In this document: positions 1 through 12,900 of the stretch, piece after piece | Position numbering within the stretch: the stretch's first letter is position 1 | Layout: every line of letters starts with the position of its first letter | DNA from: Macrostomum hystrix | Lineage: Eukaryota; Animalia; Platyhelminthes | Length of the DNA stretch: 64,000 bases | Direction: 5' to 3' | NCBI GenBank assembly: GCA_950097015.1 | Contig: CATNEN010000029.1 | Location: forward strand, 6,386,001-6,450,000 | Made by a program: the position numbers and the translations under genes | The notes under the pieces: generated by a model | Told to the model about the DNA's origin: nothing | The model's database searches: none | Seen by the model: the letters and a program-made list of their open reading frames with translations, nothing else

Positions 1-299
1 TGCTTATTGATTGACAAACTAAATTTAGATAACTGCAGGCTTGTGATTCCGTGTGTTTATTTGTTTATTTTTCTAGTGTTTCGCTAAATTTTACGTCTTT
101 GCCGTTTCGTCGATGATCCGACAAACTCACCCGGCCCCGTCTCTGAAACTGAGCTCGCCTGCGAAAACAATAAATGAACAAGTTAGAAGTACGAATGCAA
201 ATATAATCATGACAATTATTGCACTTCTGGCAGGAAACCTCCGCAAATGTGACTGCTGTTAGACTTTTTGCTCTAATTTTTTTGTTACCTGCCTCCATC

Positions 300-1240
300 A
301 GTCTCTCCACCTGTCTCCATCCATATCTCCACCTGTCTCTATCCATATCTCTACCTGTCTCTATCCATATCTCTGCCTGTCTCTATGCATATCTCCACCT
401 GTCTCTATCCATATCTCTACCTGTCTCTATCCATATCTCTGCCTGTCTCTATGCATATCTCTACCTGTCTCTATGCATATCTCCACCTGTCTCTATCCAT
501 ATCTCTACCTGTCTCTATCCATATCTCTACCTGTCTCTATCCATATCTCTACCTGTCTCTATCCATATCTCTACCTGTCTCTATCCATATCTCTACCTGT
601 CTCTATCCATATCTCTACCTGTCTCTATCCATATCTCTACCTGTCTCTATTCATATCTCTACCTGTCTCTATGCATATCTCTACCTGTCTCTGTCCATAT
701 CTCTACCTGTCTCCATACATATCTCTACCTGTCTCCATCCATATCTCTACCTGTCTCCATACATATCTCTACCTGTCTCCATTCATATCTCTACCTGTCT
801 CCATCCATATCTCTACCTGTCTCCATCCATATCTCCACCTGTCTCCATCCATATCTCTACCTGTCTCCATCCATATCTCTACCTGTCTCCATCCATATCT
901 CTACCTGTCTCTATCCATATCTCTACCTGTCTCTATGCATATCTCTACCTGTCTCCATCCATATCTCTACCTGTCTCCATCCATATCTCTACCTGTCTCC
1001 ATCCATATCTCTACCTGTCTCCATCCATATCTCTACCTGTCTCTATGCATATCTCTACCTGTCTCCATCCATATCTCTACCTGTCTCCATCCATATCTCT
1101 ACCTGTCTCCATACATATCTCTACCTGTCTCCATACATATCTCTACCTGTCTCTATGCATATCTCTACCTGTCTCTATCCATATCTCTACCTGTCTCTAT
1201 GCATATCTCTACCTTCTCTATCCATATCTCTACCTGTCTT
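300..1240. repeat. Minisatellite, 22-bp unit (ctctacctgtctctatccatat), about 42 degenerate copies
   Basis: Tandem unit is directly visible. The overlapping SISLPV/STCLYP ORFs are by-products of the repeat. Confidence 0.95.
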
Positions 1241-1489
1241 CATCCATAACTAATTCTTCAATATTATTTTCAAAGGAAAATGAGATTTCTGTACTTTAAG
1301 GCTAGATGTATATTATTTGTTTAGAATTATAATCAATCATGATTGAACTTAGGACAACATTAAAAGAGGAACATGACAAAAAGATTTTATTTTGGGACAC
1401 GAGTTCTAGAAAGGCTTTGATTAAAGTGCTTAAGTGTAAAAAAAGTTGTTAAAGAACTCATAAAATTTCACAAATCCTAAGATCCCACC

Positions 1490-2390
1490 TCTAATAGCCC
1501 TACAATCCCATAGCTAATATACCTACAATCCCATAGCTAATAGCCCTACAATCCAATAGCTAATAGCCCTACAATCCCATAGCTAATGTACCTACAATCC
1601 CATAGCTAATATACCTACAATCCCATAGCTAATATACCTACAATCCCATAGCTAATATACCTACAATCCCATAGCTAATATACCTACAATCCCATAGCTA
1701 ATATACCTACAATCCCATAGCTAATATACCTACAATCCCATAGCTAATCGCCTACAATCCCATAGCTAATATCCCTACAATCCCATAGCTAATACACCTA
1801 CAATCCCATAGCTAATCGCCTACAATCCCATAGCTAATATACCTACAATCCCATAGCTAATATACCTACAATCCCATAGCTAATATCCCTACAATCCCAT
1901 AGCTAATATACCTACAATCCCATAGCTAATCGCCTACAATCCCATAACTAATATACCTACAATCCCATAGCTAATACACCTACAATCCCATAGCTAATCG
2001 CCTACAATCCCATAGCTAATATACCTACAATCCCATAGCTAATATACCTACAATCCCATAGCTAATATCCCTACAATCCCATAGCTAATTGGCCTACAAT
2101 CCCATAGCTAATATACCTACAATCCCAAAGCTAATTGGCCTACAATCCCATAGCTAATATACCTACAATCCCATAGCTAATATACCTACAATCCCATAGC
2201 TAATCGCCTACAATCCCATAGCTAATATCCCTACAATCCCATAGCTAATATACCTACAATCCCATAGCTAATATCCCTACAATCCCATAGCTAATATACC
2301 TACAATCCCATAGCTAATATACCTACAATCCCATAGCTAATATACCTACAATCCCATAGCTAATTGGCCTACAATCCCATCTCTAACAGA
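1490..2390. repeat. Minisatellite, 23-bp unit (tacctacaatcccatagctaata), about 39 copies
   Basis: Tandem unit is directly visible, with a 22-bp variant (ctaatcgcctac). Confidence 0.95.
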
Positions 2391-2766
2391 TTTAAGCATA
2401 TTTACGAGCGCAGAATCTCAACTAAAAGTTTAAACAAAGAGAATCCATCAGATCTTACTTGACAACGGATATAAAAAAGTGTTATGTGGAGATAAAAATA
2501 AGTCAAAATAGTGCGAGAGGAATGAGCATAGCAAACTTTAAGATGGTTTGAAGCAAATAAGTTAACAAATTGTTAGCCTGCAATTTCGTTTTAAAGTTTG
2601 AGTAAACTCAAGAAGAAACTGAAGAGGAAAATGAAAAGTTTTCGAGGAGAAAAACACCGATAATATTTGCTAATAAAAAACTGACTGACATCTGTCTTAA
2701 AAAACTGTCTTTTAATAGTTAAGATACAATTCAACTGCCATGTGCAATTGCTTAGCATATTTCACG

Positions 2767-3127
2767 TAGCCTCGTCGGACACCTTGGCCGTGCCTATTTC
2801 CTCGTCGCTGTCGATACCGTTCTTGCCGGTTTCATTGTCTGCTGTATTCTCAAGAATTTGGTGATCTTTCGACTGAAAATGATGCAGATTTATTAATCTT
2901 CTGCGCTACTTATAGTAGAAGATGGAGGTTGCGATTGTAGATGATTCGCCCATTTCACTCTCACAGCGGCTTTTTTGAAACTACTGGAGCAAAAGTTTTT
3001 TCATTAAATGTCATTAAATTAAATTCTTTTGGAAAAATTTAAATTGGCTACTCTCGAGTGCGGTTAAATAATTTCTTAATTTCTTAATTTCTTTCTTAAA
3101 TAAGAATTTTTACCTACCTCCTCCACT

Positions 3128-3158
<31 letters not shown>

Positions 3159-3424
3159 GTTTCGGCTTGGTGATTCGCTTTCTCTCCTGCGATTCCGTCG
3201 AATCTGGAGCATAATTAAATTGAGCAGAAATTAAATATTCACTCACTATAAGCTTTCTTTTTCTCAGTCTCGCGGGAAATTATTAGAGAAGCAGTAAAAT
3301 ATTGGGCTATCTCACCATTCGCTGAGTCCAACTGCTTGGTGACATCGGCAGCAGTCTTTGCTCCGTGCATGCCAATGGCTCGACGATCTGGCGGTAGCGA
3401 CGGTGGAAGAATCGAAATTAAACT
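2767..3424 (-). CDS. Probable downstream exons of the doublecortin-domain gene (about 3316-3424, 3117-3204, possibly 2767-2873)
   Basis: AG/GT-bounded GC-richer segments. 3316-3424 (..ILPPSLPPDRRAIGMHGAKTAADVTKQLDSAN) joins in phase to 3117-3204 (DSTESQERKRITKPKPKQ9VEE). Phase continuity with the 4072 exon was not resolved. Confidence 0.45.
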
Positions 3425-3572
3425 CTAAATAAAGAGCCTGAGAATGATGTAACCCAGGCAGCTCTCGCAGATTCTGAGATTCAATTAAATAGTCTCAGCT
3501 TCATAGATTGATTTACTTTTGTTAAAAGTAGCTTATACAACTCCTAATGACGTGTTTGTATTTTATTTCATC

Positions 3573-3895
3573 GGGGGTGAGTGGCAGAGCGGTTAACGCG
3601 TTTGCCTTTCGCACCAAGGTCCCTGAGCTCGATTCCGCAGCGAGGCCACATTCATTTGGGGCTTATCGTGATATCTACGCCCTTGATGGCCAACCTCCAA
3701 GGCACAGTGAGAGTGTACACCTGCCTTACGATGAGACAGTCAGGTCAGATGCTTTTATTATTTGCGTACGGTATCTGTGTACGTTTGTGCTCAGGAGTCA
3801 GCGGAATGGGCAGAGTTGTCTACCGATGGCTGCAGGTCTAGTGTCACCAAATAATGCGGCAGTGCCACAGCCCTCCTACAGATATTACTATTCAT
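3573..3895 (+). mobile_element. tRNA-derived SINE, family A (about 320 bp)
   Basis: Head GGGGGTGAGTGGCAGAGCGG (A box) ... GAGCTCGATTCC (B-box-like). The body is shared with copies at about 12105, 18541, 26730, 30745, 32110 and 51139. Confidence 0.8.
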
Positions 3896-4071
3896 ATTAA
3901 AGACGAAACAATCAGGCCATACCCTCGCGAGAAACATTGTTGTTTTGTTGTTGGCCACTTTTGGTTCTACTTTTTTAAGTTAAGACCATAGACATAGACA
4001 TATATTTTCACATGGCTAAAATCAAAGCTATGTACAAATAAATGAAACTTGGCTCTATTTCTTATACTCAC

Positions 4072-5799
4072 CATTCTCATCCAGTACAAAGTCGCCATTG
4101 ATAACCTTCTCAGTTCCGTACGCGATAAAAACCCCGCAGTCGCCGAGTAGATCATCCAGACAAGTGACCTGCCGGTCATTCAGTTTGGTGGGTGTTTAGA
4201 CAAGCTTGAGCCAACACTGACTGGTGTGTTTTGTCAGCTGTCAGTCCGTTAAGCGGAGATGAAAATTAATGAAAAATACTCTAATTTGCGAAATCTGCCC
4301 AGCTGAGACGACAGAACCAATGAGTAGATTGAAAGAGCTAAACATTTTGGAGCACGAATTCCGCTTTTCCATTCTTAAGCGGATGCTTGAGACCCTCTGA
4401 GTTATCAGGGATTAGTAATTATCTTGGAGCTTGTTAGCGAGTACATTATTGAGACAAAATCTCTTAACAGTAGAAAGAACCACAGGGTCCACATTTTTTC
4501 CGTATCTCTTCAAATAGTCAACCAGTCGACATGAAAATCCCAGACCACGCGCTTAGATTGTCCACTCTATCCGATTAAACAGCTTGCTTCACACAAAACA
4601 CAAAACATCCGCATCGTCGTGATATTCAACGATTCTCGTTGGGGTGTCTGGTGGCAAAAAACACCAATACTCGTATAGGCATTTTTTGCTCACAAAATTT
4701 CATCGTGTAACCATGTAAATAGTTACTTTTTTTGAACCAATTAGAGAATTCGCCATAGAGGTTGGTACAGAGCATTGTTACTTGTCCTTGTCACCAGGAT
4801 CTTCGACAAAAATCGCTGAATATTTCGACGATGCTGGCGTCGGACGGCTTTGAAAGTTAGTTCATTCCCCCGGGTCTTTCTACTGTTGATACTCCAACAA
4901 TTCACAACTTTTTTTCCGAATGCTTCTTACAAAATCGCAGAAATATTTGGTGATTTATGGCCTTTTCCCATTGCTTTGTTCTATTCTGGGATCAGCTGAA
5001 TTGGGAAGAATCCTCGCAGGCTTCGCCTCGACCATTGCCAAATGCTGCCACAGCCCCGCGAATATTATTATGATGATTTGGGAAACACTGGAAAGATAAG
5101 TGTTCCTTCATCTCGCCTATCAATTAGTCCCACCTGGCGTCCCTCCGTGTTGAACAGGCGCCTCACTGGCCCAGTTGGCAGCCGGACAGCTTCGCTGATG
5201 TCGCCGAGCACACGATCGAAGGAGCGGGCCGTGCGGCTGTTGAGCAAGACGCGAGCAGCTCGACGAGGCCTCGAGCCGCCGCCGGGCAGCACGGCGATGA
5301 TACGCGGCCGAACGGAGCCCGAGGCCGCCCTGGCCGCGTCGGCTGCCGATGACGGCGGAGCCGATCTCGGCCTCCGCTGATGCCAGTCGGGCGTCGGCGG
5401 CGGCGCCGGAGTCTGGTGCAGCGGCTTGGAAGCTTTCAGCGCCGGGCACCAGCTGCCGCCGCCGCTGCCCCCTCCGCAGACACCACCGCCACCGCCACCG
5501 CCGTCACCACCGGCCGTCTCGTAGTCGACGCGCTTCAACTGGTCGAAAGAGGCGCAGACGTAGCTGCCACCGTCGGCCAGATCGTCCAGGTTTCGAACCC
5601 GCTGACCATTGAGGGAGAACAGGAAGCGCACACCCTGCGGCAGGATGTTCCGGTCGCACACGGGGCTGCTGGTGAGGTCGCCCAGAAGGGCCTCAAAGGT
5701 GCGATGCCGGTCGCCGGAAATAGCGAATTGGTAGCCGCGAAAGTAGCGATCGCCGTTGCGGAAGAAGCGGACCTTCTTGGCGCGCCTGGTGAGCAGCAT
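4072..5799 (-). CDS. DCX: Doublecortin-domain protein (DCX/DCLK family, two DCX domains); exons 5134-5799 (frame open up to 5925) and 4072-4168
   Basis: RAKKVRFFRNGDRYFRG..LPQGVR..SYVCAS matches DCX domain 1. RPRIIAV..RVLLNSRTARSFDRVL..VRRLFNTEGRQ|VTCLDDLLGDCGVFIAYGTEK matches DCX domain 2 across a canonical GT-AG intron. The symbol is family-level only. Confidence 0.93.
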
Positions 5800-6930
5800 G
5801 GCAACGGAACAGGTGAGCCTGGAATTGGACTTCGAACTGCGAAAGAGCGAACCGGAACGGCAGCCGATTCGAAAGGGCTGTTCTTGTCTGCCTTTTATCT
5901 GCCGAGCAGCAGCGCAACCTTTCACTCACAACCAACCATTGGTGGGCCAAGTCTTCCGATTCCTTCTCAACTTGGCCCCTCTCGCTCTCGCATCCAACCA
6001 GATGCATGGAACTGTTGCCTGGCGTCCCTTAGCTGAAATCCGTGACGAGCTCATCCACTGCCCCCATGCGAATATTGTTTGGATGTTGAATCAAATTTCT
6101 AGAAAAATTTTGTGTGGTCACTTCCTGTCCATTCTATATCAAAGAAAGTGACAGAGAAAAAAATCACTTCAAAGATGATCAGCTAGTGATTATTAAACGT
6201 ATTTAGCTGGCAAAATGACACTACTCAAATAACTCATAGATAATTAGGCAGATGACATGAACAGTGACAATAGACTTCTATCTATAATTGTATTAGTATA
6301 GGCAATAAAACAGAAAGCTTTGGTTTTTGTCAACATTGCGAAATGATTCGAGTCCATCAAACAGTCCCATTGGAATTCGGGAGAAAAACAGCGTTGTTGT
6401 GGGATAATATTCATAATCATAGAACTCTGACAGTGCCACATAGTGCCAATGCTTTAGTAAGAGTATTGTTCAGAGGAAAAACTATAATAAAGTGAAAGAA
6501 TATTTAAGCTGAAATTCTTAAGATAGAAATAACACCTAGCCCAGTTAGGCCAGGTGTACACAGCCGCAGCGTACAGCTGTTCAGTCCATGGACCAGTGGC
6601 CGCCATACACATACAAAAAGAAAAATGGAGACAGCTGAAATATTTTTTTGTTTCTAGAAATCTACTGGTTCTTGATGGCATTTGTTTTAGCGAGTATTTA
6701 CACACACACTCACACAAACAGATCTTCATCTCAGCAATGGCAAGGCAGTACATGAAATAGCTGGATCTGTATAGATACCACAACTGAAAATCAGACAAGC
6801 ACTGGATCTGGGAAGGAAAAAAAGTCCATTTAACCCTTTGAAAGTTGAGAATAGCGAAAAAGAACACACATTGGTCTAAAGTTGGCTAGTATATTGCCTC
6901 CAATTTTGCGGAGTTCCGAACAATGATCCG

Positions 6931-9900
6931 CTACACGGCTCGGCGAAGAACTCTTCGACGAAGCTCGCTGCTTAGTAGGCGCTTCTCTTTTTGCACTTTT
7001 TCTAATAGGCCGCGGTTCTCGCAGGCTCGCCGGCCGAGGTAGGGCAAGACCTCGGCCACGGGACCGTACGGGACGTATTTGTACACCGAGTAGCCAGCCT
7101 GGCCTATGGCGATGCGGGTTGCAGCGGCGGCTTTTTATCCGATGTACTTTAGCATACTGTCGACCTTGAATTCCTACATTGTGTCTGCTCATCTATTAGC
7201 ACATAGCCAAGGTCAAATTGGTTTTAGATGTACTTAGAGAGCTACAACCGTAGCCAGGTCGAGAGCCACAACCGTTGCGAGGTCGTGAGCCGCATCGAGA
7301 GCCAGGTCAAGAGCCCCATAGGGAGCCAGGTCAAGGGCCACATCGGGAGCCAGTTCAAGAGCCACATCGGGAGCCAGGTCAAGAGCCCCATAGGGAGCCA
7401 GTTCAAGAGCCACATCGGGAGCCAGGTCAAGAGCCCCATAGGGAGCCAGGTCGAGAGCCACATCGGGAGCCAGTTCAAGAGCCACATAGGGAGTCAGGTC
7501 AAGAGCCCCATAGGGAGCCAGGTCGAGAGCCACATAGGGAGCCAGGTCGAGAGCCACATTGGGAGCCAGGTCGAGAGCCCCATACGTAGCCAGGTCAAGG
7601 GCCACATCGGGAGCCAGTTCAAGAGCCACATAGGGAGTCAGGTCAAGAGCCCCATAGGGAGCCAGGTCGAGAGCCACATAGGGAGCCAGGTCGAGAGCCA
7701 CATCGGGAGCCAGGTCGAGATGTACTTCGAGAGCCACATCGGGTGCCAGGTCGAGAGCCATATCGGGAGCCAGGGCAAGAGTCCCATAGGGAGCCAGGTC
7801 GAGAGCCACATTGGGAGCCAGGTCGAGAGCCACATCGGGAGCCAGGTCGAGATGTACTTCGAGAGCCACATCGGGTGCCAGGTCGAGAGCCATATCGGGA
7901 GCCAGGGCAAGAGTCCCATAGGGAGCCAGGTCAAGGGCCACATCGGGAGCCAGGTCAAGAGCCACATCGGAAGTCCCATAGGGAGCCAGGTCGAGAGCCA
8001 CATTGGGAGCCACGACGGGAGCTACGACGTAAGACGACGCAATCCAACTTGACCTTGACTGTGTGCCCATTTGCTCATGGTGTCAAACCGCGACCCAAGT
8101 TTACCTTTACTGTCTGCACATTAGCTCCCAATGTACAGCGCAAGCCCCAACTTACCAAGCGGAAAGCTCATGTGATCGCACATGCCAAGCAGCTGGCCAA
8201 AGCAAATCAATTTGTCCGATGGATACACATTGTACTCCTTCATTCTGAAATTTTTATAAAAAATCATATTTTTGCGAAATTTCCATACCTTCACACATTA
8301 AGTCTTAAAGATTCTTCATCTCACTCTCTATCAGACCTATTCATCCCGTTAATTAGAACTCGCTTCGCTCTACCATATCATCACACTCTTGTCACTCCAC
8401 TTACAACGCTCCTCACAATCACCTCGCCTTCTTTTCGCCCTCACAATCGGCCTCGCCAACCTCGGCATCGCCCTTGCTTACTTTTTGACGGTGAGTCGCA
8501 CGGTGTCCTCATTGTGCGTAGCCACCATCACCGCAATCTTGCCCTTCTCGCGCCTACCAATGGCCTGGAAAACCTCGTCAAGAACATTGTGATACATTTC
8601 ATTAGTGGCCTCGTAGTTCGGGTTGATTGGGTCTTCATACTTGAGGCTTCTCGCCCGCTCCCTCTCTTGGTCCATGTAGGCGCCGCGGACCAGCTTGGCG
8701 CCAAAGTAGAAGTCTTCCTTCTCGGCCAGGTTGAGGTCGGTGCGGGCCATGTCGAGGGCGGACTGCGCGGGCGGATGAGCCGGTCAAGTATGAGCTTAGA
8801 AAATAACTATAGTTTGATTTCATTTTATACTTTTAAGAAAGGTTCTGAAGAAAGCGAGCCTTCTGAAATCGGGAACTTAAAAATGTTCTCTAGAAAAAAA
8901 CTGACAGTTTTTAGACCTATGGAGATAATTAACTTCAGAAACCAAAAATCAAAACAACAGCCTCCAAAGCTTTAAGATTTGGATACTATAACACAGCAGA
9001 AAGGATACAAGCACGATACTTCACTCAAATACTGTATGTACATTTATCGATGCCTCAGCTCCATAAATGTACAAACTCGATGCCTCACTCCAGAAACTGT
9101 AAACACACGATGCCTCACTCCAGAAACTGTCAACACACGATGCCTCACTCCAGAAACTGTAAACACACGATGCCTCACTCCAGAAACCAGGAAAACGCGA
9201 TGCCTCGCTCCAGAAACTGTAAACACACGATGTCTTACTCCAGAAACGGAAAACACGATGCCTCACTCCAGAAACGGAAAACACGATGCCTCACTCCAGA
9301 AACGGAAAACACGATGCCTCACTCCAGAAACGGAAAACACGATGCCTCACTCCAGAAACGGAAAACACGATGCCTCACTCCAGAAACGGAAAACACACGA
9401 TGCCTCACTCCAGAAACGGAAAACACGATGCCTCACTCCAGAAACGGAAAACACGATGCCTCACTCCAGAAACGGAAAACACGATGCCTCACTCCAGAAA
9501 CGGAAAACACGATGCCTCACTCCAGAAACGGAAAACACGATGCCTCACTCCAGAAACGGAAAACACGATGCCTCACTCCAGAAACGGAAAACACGATGCC
9601 TCACTCCAGAAACGGAAAACACGATGCCTCACTCCAGAAACGGAAAACACACGATGCCTCACTCCAGAAACGGAAAACACACGATGCCTTACTCCAGAAA
9701 CGGAAAACACGATGCCTCACTCCAGAAACGGAAAACACGATGCCTCACTCCAGAAACGGAAAACACACGATGCCTCACTCCAGAAACGGAAAACACGATG
9801 CCTCACTCCAGAAACGGAAAACACGATGCCTCACTCCAGAAACGGAAAACACGATGCCTCACTCCAGAAACGGAAAACACACGATGCCTCACTCCAGAAA

Positions 9901-12900
9901 CGGAAAACACGATGCCTCACTCCTGAAACGGAAAACACGATGTCTCACTCCTGAAACGGAAAACACGATGCCTCACTCCAGAAACCACTAACAAACGAGG
10001 CCTCACTCCAGAAACCACTAACAAACGATGCCTCACTCCAGAAACCACTAACAAACGATGCCTCACTCCAGAAACCACTAACAAACGATGCCTCACTCCA
10101 GAAACTGGAAAAACACGATGCCTCATTTCGAAATTTCGAAATAACTAAGATGAAAAACTTTTACCGGACGTATTTTACCTTGAGGTAGCACTGGTAGGTG
10201 TTAAACACAACGTTTCTCTCCTTGTTGTACTTGCGCATCAGTTCCATAGTGATGCGTCGAATGGCCGGCTGGAAGTAGCTCTGCTCGGCGTCAATCATCA
10301 CTCGCACCCCGGTATCGATCGCATGCTGAAGAGAACAAGAATTCGAATAGAGAATCATACTCATATTCTCAGGCTATAGACGAGTAATAACTTGAATATT
10401 GCACCAGAAGTAGAACCCTACATACCTTCACAATGATGTCAGTGCGATTTAGCATTTTCCTTAGTTCGTCCTGGCCTTCCTCGGACAGAATGGGCACAAT
10501 CTGCTCCAGGTTGCCTGTCTGTAAGCGGTTGCGTTAATCCGTAATGATATTAGACATATATCTGTGCATTGAGTGCGTTCATAATCACGGTTAACATAAA
10601 GAACACACACACGGTAAGTGCGCCTGTTTATCGCAGCGCTGTGAGAAGCATTACACTAATAATAACAACTATAGAAAGAAAATAGAACATTAAATAAATA
10701 AAGGATAAAGAAATAGCACATGTCGCTAAAATGTGCTATTGTCTCTTATTCGATTTGTCAGCCAATCCTATTCAATGTGCGCCCCCTTCCTTCCCTAGCG
10801 CCCGTCTCGTCAATTATCGATATAAAAAATTGATAAGGGTTCACCCCTTCGCGCAAACCCCTCTAGACGGGCTTAGCCCTCTTTCCCCCTTTAGTTATCG
10901 ATCGCTGTTAAAGCCTTCGCTTTCGTCTCCCCCTGGGGTTTTCACACCCGGCCTTTCTCTTCGCTCTGTCGATTTACTAGGCTCCTCCAGTATGGGTTAA
11001 GCTAGTTTTTTTCTGTTTTAGCCATTTTATCCTTATTCAATTGACGAAAGCCAGCCAAAGAGAGTATCGACACAAACTTCCAACTACGAAAACTGCTCGT
11101 CGTTAATATCCTTAACAAAGTATTAATCCAAGCTTGAAGTAAAAATGGAATTAACTTTCTTATATTATCGTTGCTAGTGCAGAAGCTCATTGAGTTATGA
11201 GGAGCAGCAGTAAAACGCATGAATAGCACAAGCTAGGACACAGTTTATTGGTATAGCCGCCAGAGTAGACAGTGAATTGAAACTTCGATTTAGGCGCTTG
11301 TCTGCAGCGATTGTGACGAGCTTGAGAAAGTGGTGCATTTCTAAGCACTAGCATGTCAAGTCTATCTAAAACATGAATTCGATATTTATGTCGTGCTCAA
11401 AGTAGCCACACAGTTGGTGAGTTTGCGGGGCCTAGTGCAGATGAAGGTAATTAATCTAACACACGACTCACGGAGTCCTTCTGAAATTATCAGTAAATAA
11501 TTTACGCTGCTATAGTTCAATTTTAAGCGTATTCGATGAGAATACCTATTGTGCTATATAATCGATATAGGAACCAAAAACTTAAGCATGCAGACGAGAC
11601 AGTTTCTATAGAACGATTAGCACAAACCTGACTGTCACAACGATTATTCAAGGTTCACGCACATTAAAAACCGTAAGTTCCCTATGTACTTATATCTATG
11701 AGTATGGAAGGGGCAATCTCCGTCCCGCTACTTCGTCTCCTCTTTCTCGTGTCTCATCTCTCCCGTGTCTCATCTCTCCCGTGTCTCATCTCTCCCGTGT
11801 CTCATCTCTCCCGTGTCTCATCTCTCCCGTGTCTCATCTCTCCCGTGTCTCATCTCTCCCGTGTCTCATCTCTCCCGTGTCTCATCTCTCCCGTGTCTCA
11901 TCTCTCCAGTGTCTCATCTCTCCCGTGTCTCATCTCTCCCGTGTCTCATCTCTCCCGTGTCTCATCTCTCGTGCCTTTGATTTATCTTTGTGAATTCAAA
12001 ATTCAGACCCTATGGTTCATAACCGCTCTCAGACACAAGGCCACACGCCACCTAAAAAGATATATTTTACATTGCTTAGAGAAGTATATATATATATATA
12101 TATAGGGGGTCGGTGGCAGAGAGGTTAATGTGTTTGCCTCTCGCACCAATGTTCCAAAGCTCTATTCCACTGCGAGGCCACATTCATTTGGGGCGATTTG
12201 GGGCGCAGCCGCGGAGAGAAGGCTTGGGGGCTTGTCGTGCAATTTAAACCGTTGAGGGCCAACCTCCAAGGCACAGTGAGACTGTGAGTATGATTATGAT
12301 CTGACTATGAGAAAGTCAGGGCAATTGTACACACCTGTGTGAGCGTGTGCCTGCCTACAGTATGAGTGCGTGCGTCAGGAGTCAGCTAAATGGTCAGAAT
12401 TGCCTCCTCGCTGACTGCGGGTCTGTGTCACCAAATCATGTGTCATTGCCTAAATTTTCACTTCGAGGCGATGGCCTTCAGGCACTCGTCAGCCATTGCA
12501 TAGAATTGATTGCCCCGTGGAAATGGGGTTGTTGGAAATGTTAACCAATGATGCTCATTAGAAGTCAGAGTTTAAGGCAATGGCCTTTGACACCAGCGGC
12601 GGTAGCCATTTAAGTCCATTGAATTAAACTCTGACTTCCGATGAACCCGCCATTGCCCACAGCCCTCCTGGAAATATTATATTCATATATACTAAGTTCA
12701 GTTTATATATATAAATTGAATTAAACTATTCAGCAACTATGTTACAACGAGCATAAGAAGCAAGCTAATATTGTTGACAAAAAACACAAAACTATTGGAA
12801 AATAAAAACAAATAAATATTATTGTAGTGATGTACAGCCAGTATTACAATTTTGATAACAAACAGGTCCCGAAATTCTGAATTATATTCAGATTTTCAAA

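Noticed and set aside
219-1299. Three long plus-strand ORFs (SISLPV/STCLYP repeats)
   Set aside because: They are translations of a 22-bp minisatellite lacking stops on one strand, inside a probable intron, with no unique coding content.
5380-6036. 218-aa plus-strand ORF and other ORFs overlapping the DCX exon
   Set aside because: Antisense shadows of a GC-rich exon whose minus frame is clearly doublecortin.
8979-9991. ORFs of 222-315 aa ([28 protein letters not shown] repeats)
   Set aside because: Artefacts of the 28-bp intronic minisatellite cycling through frames.
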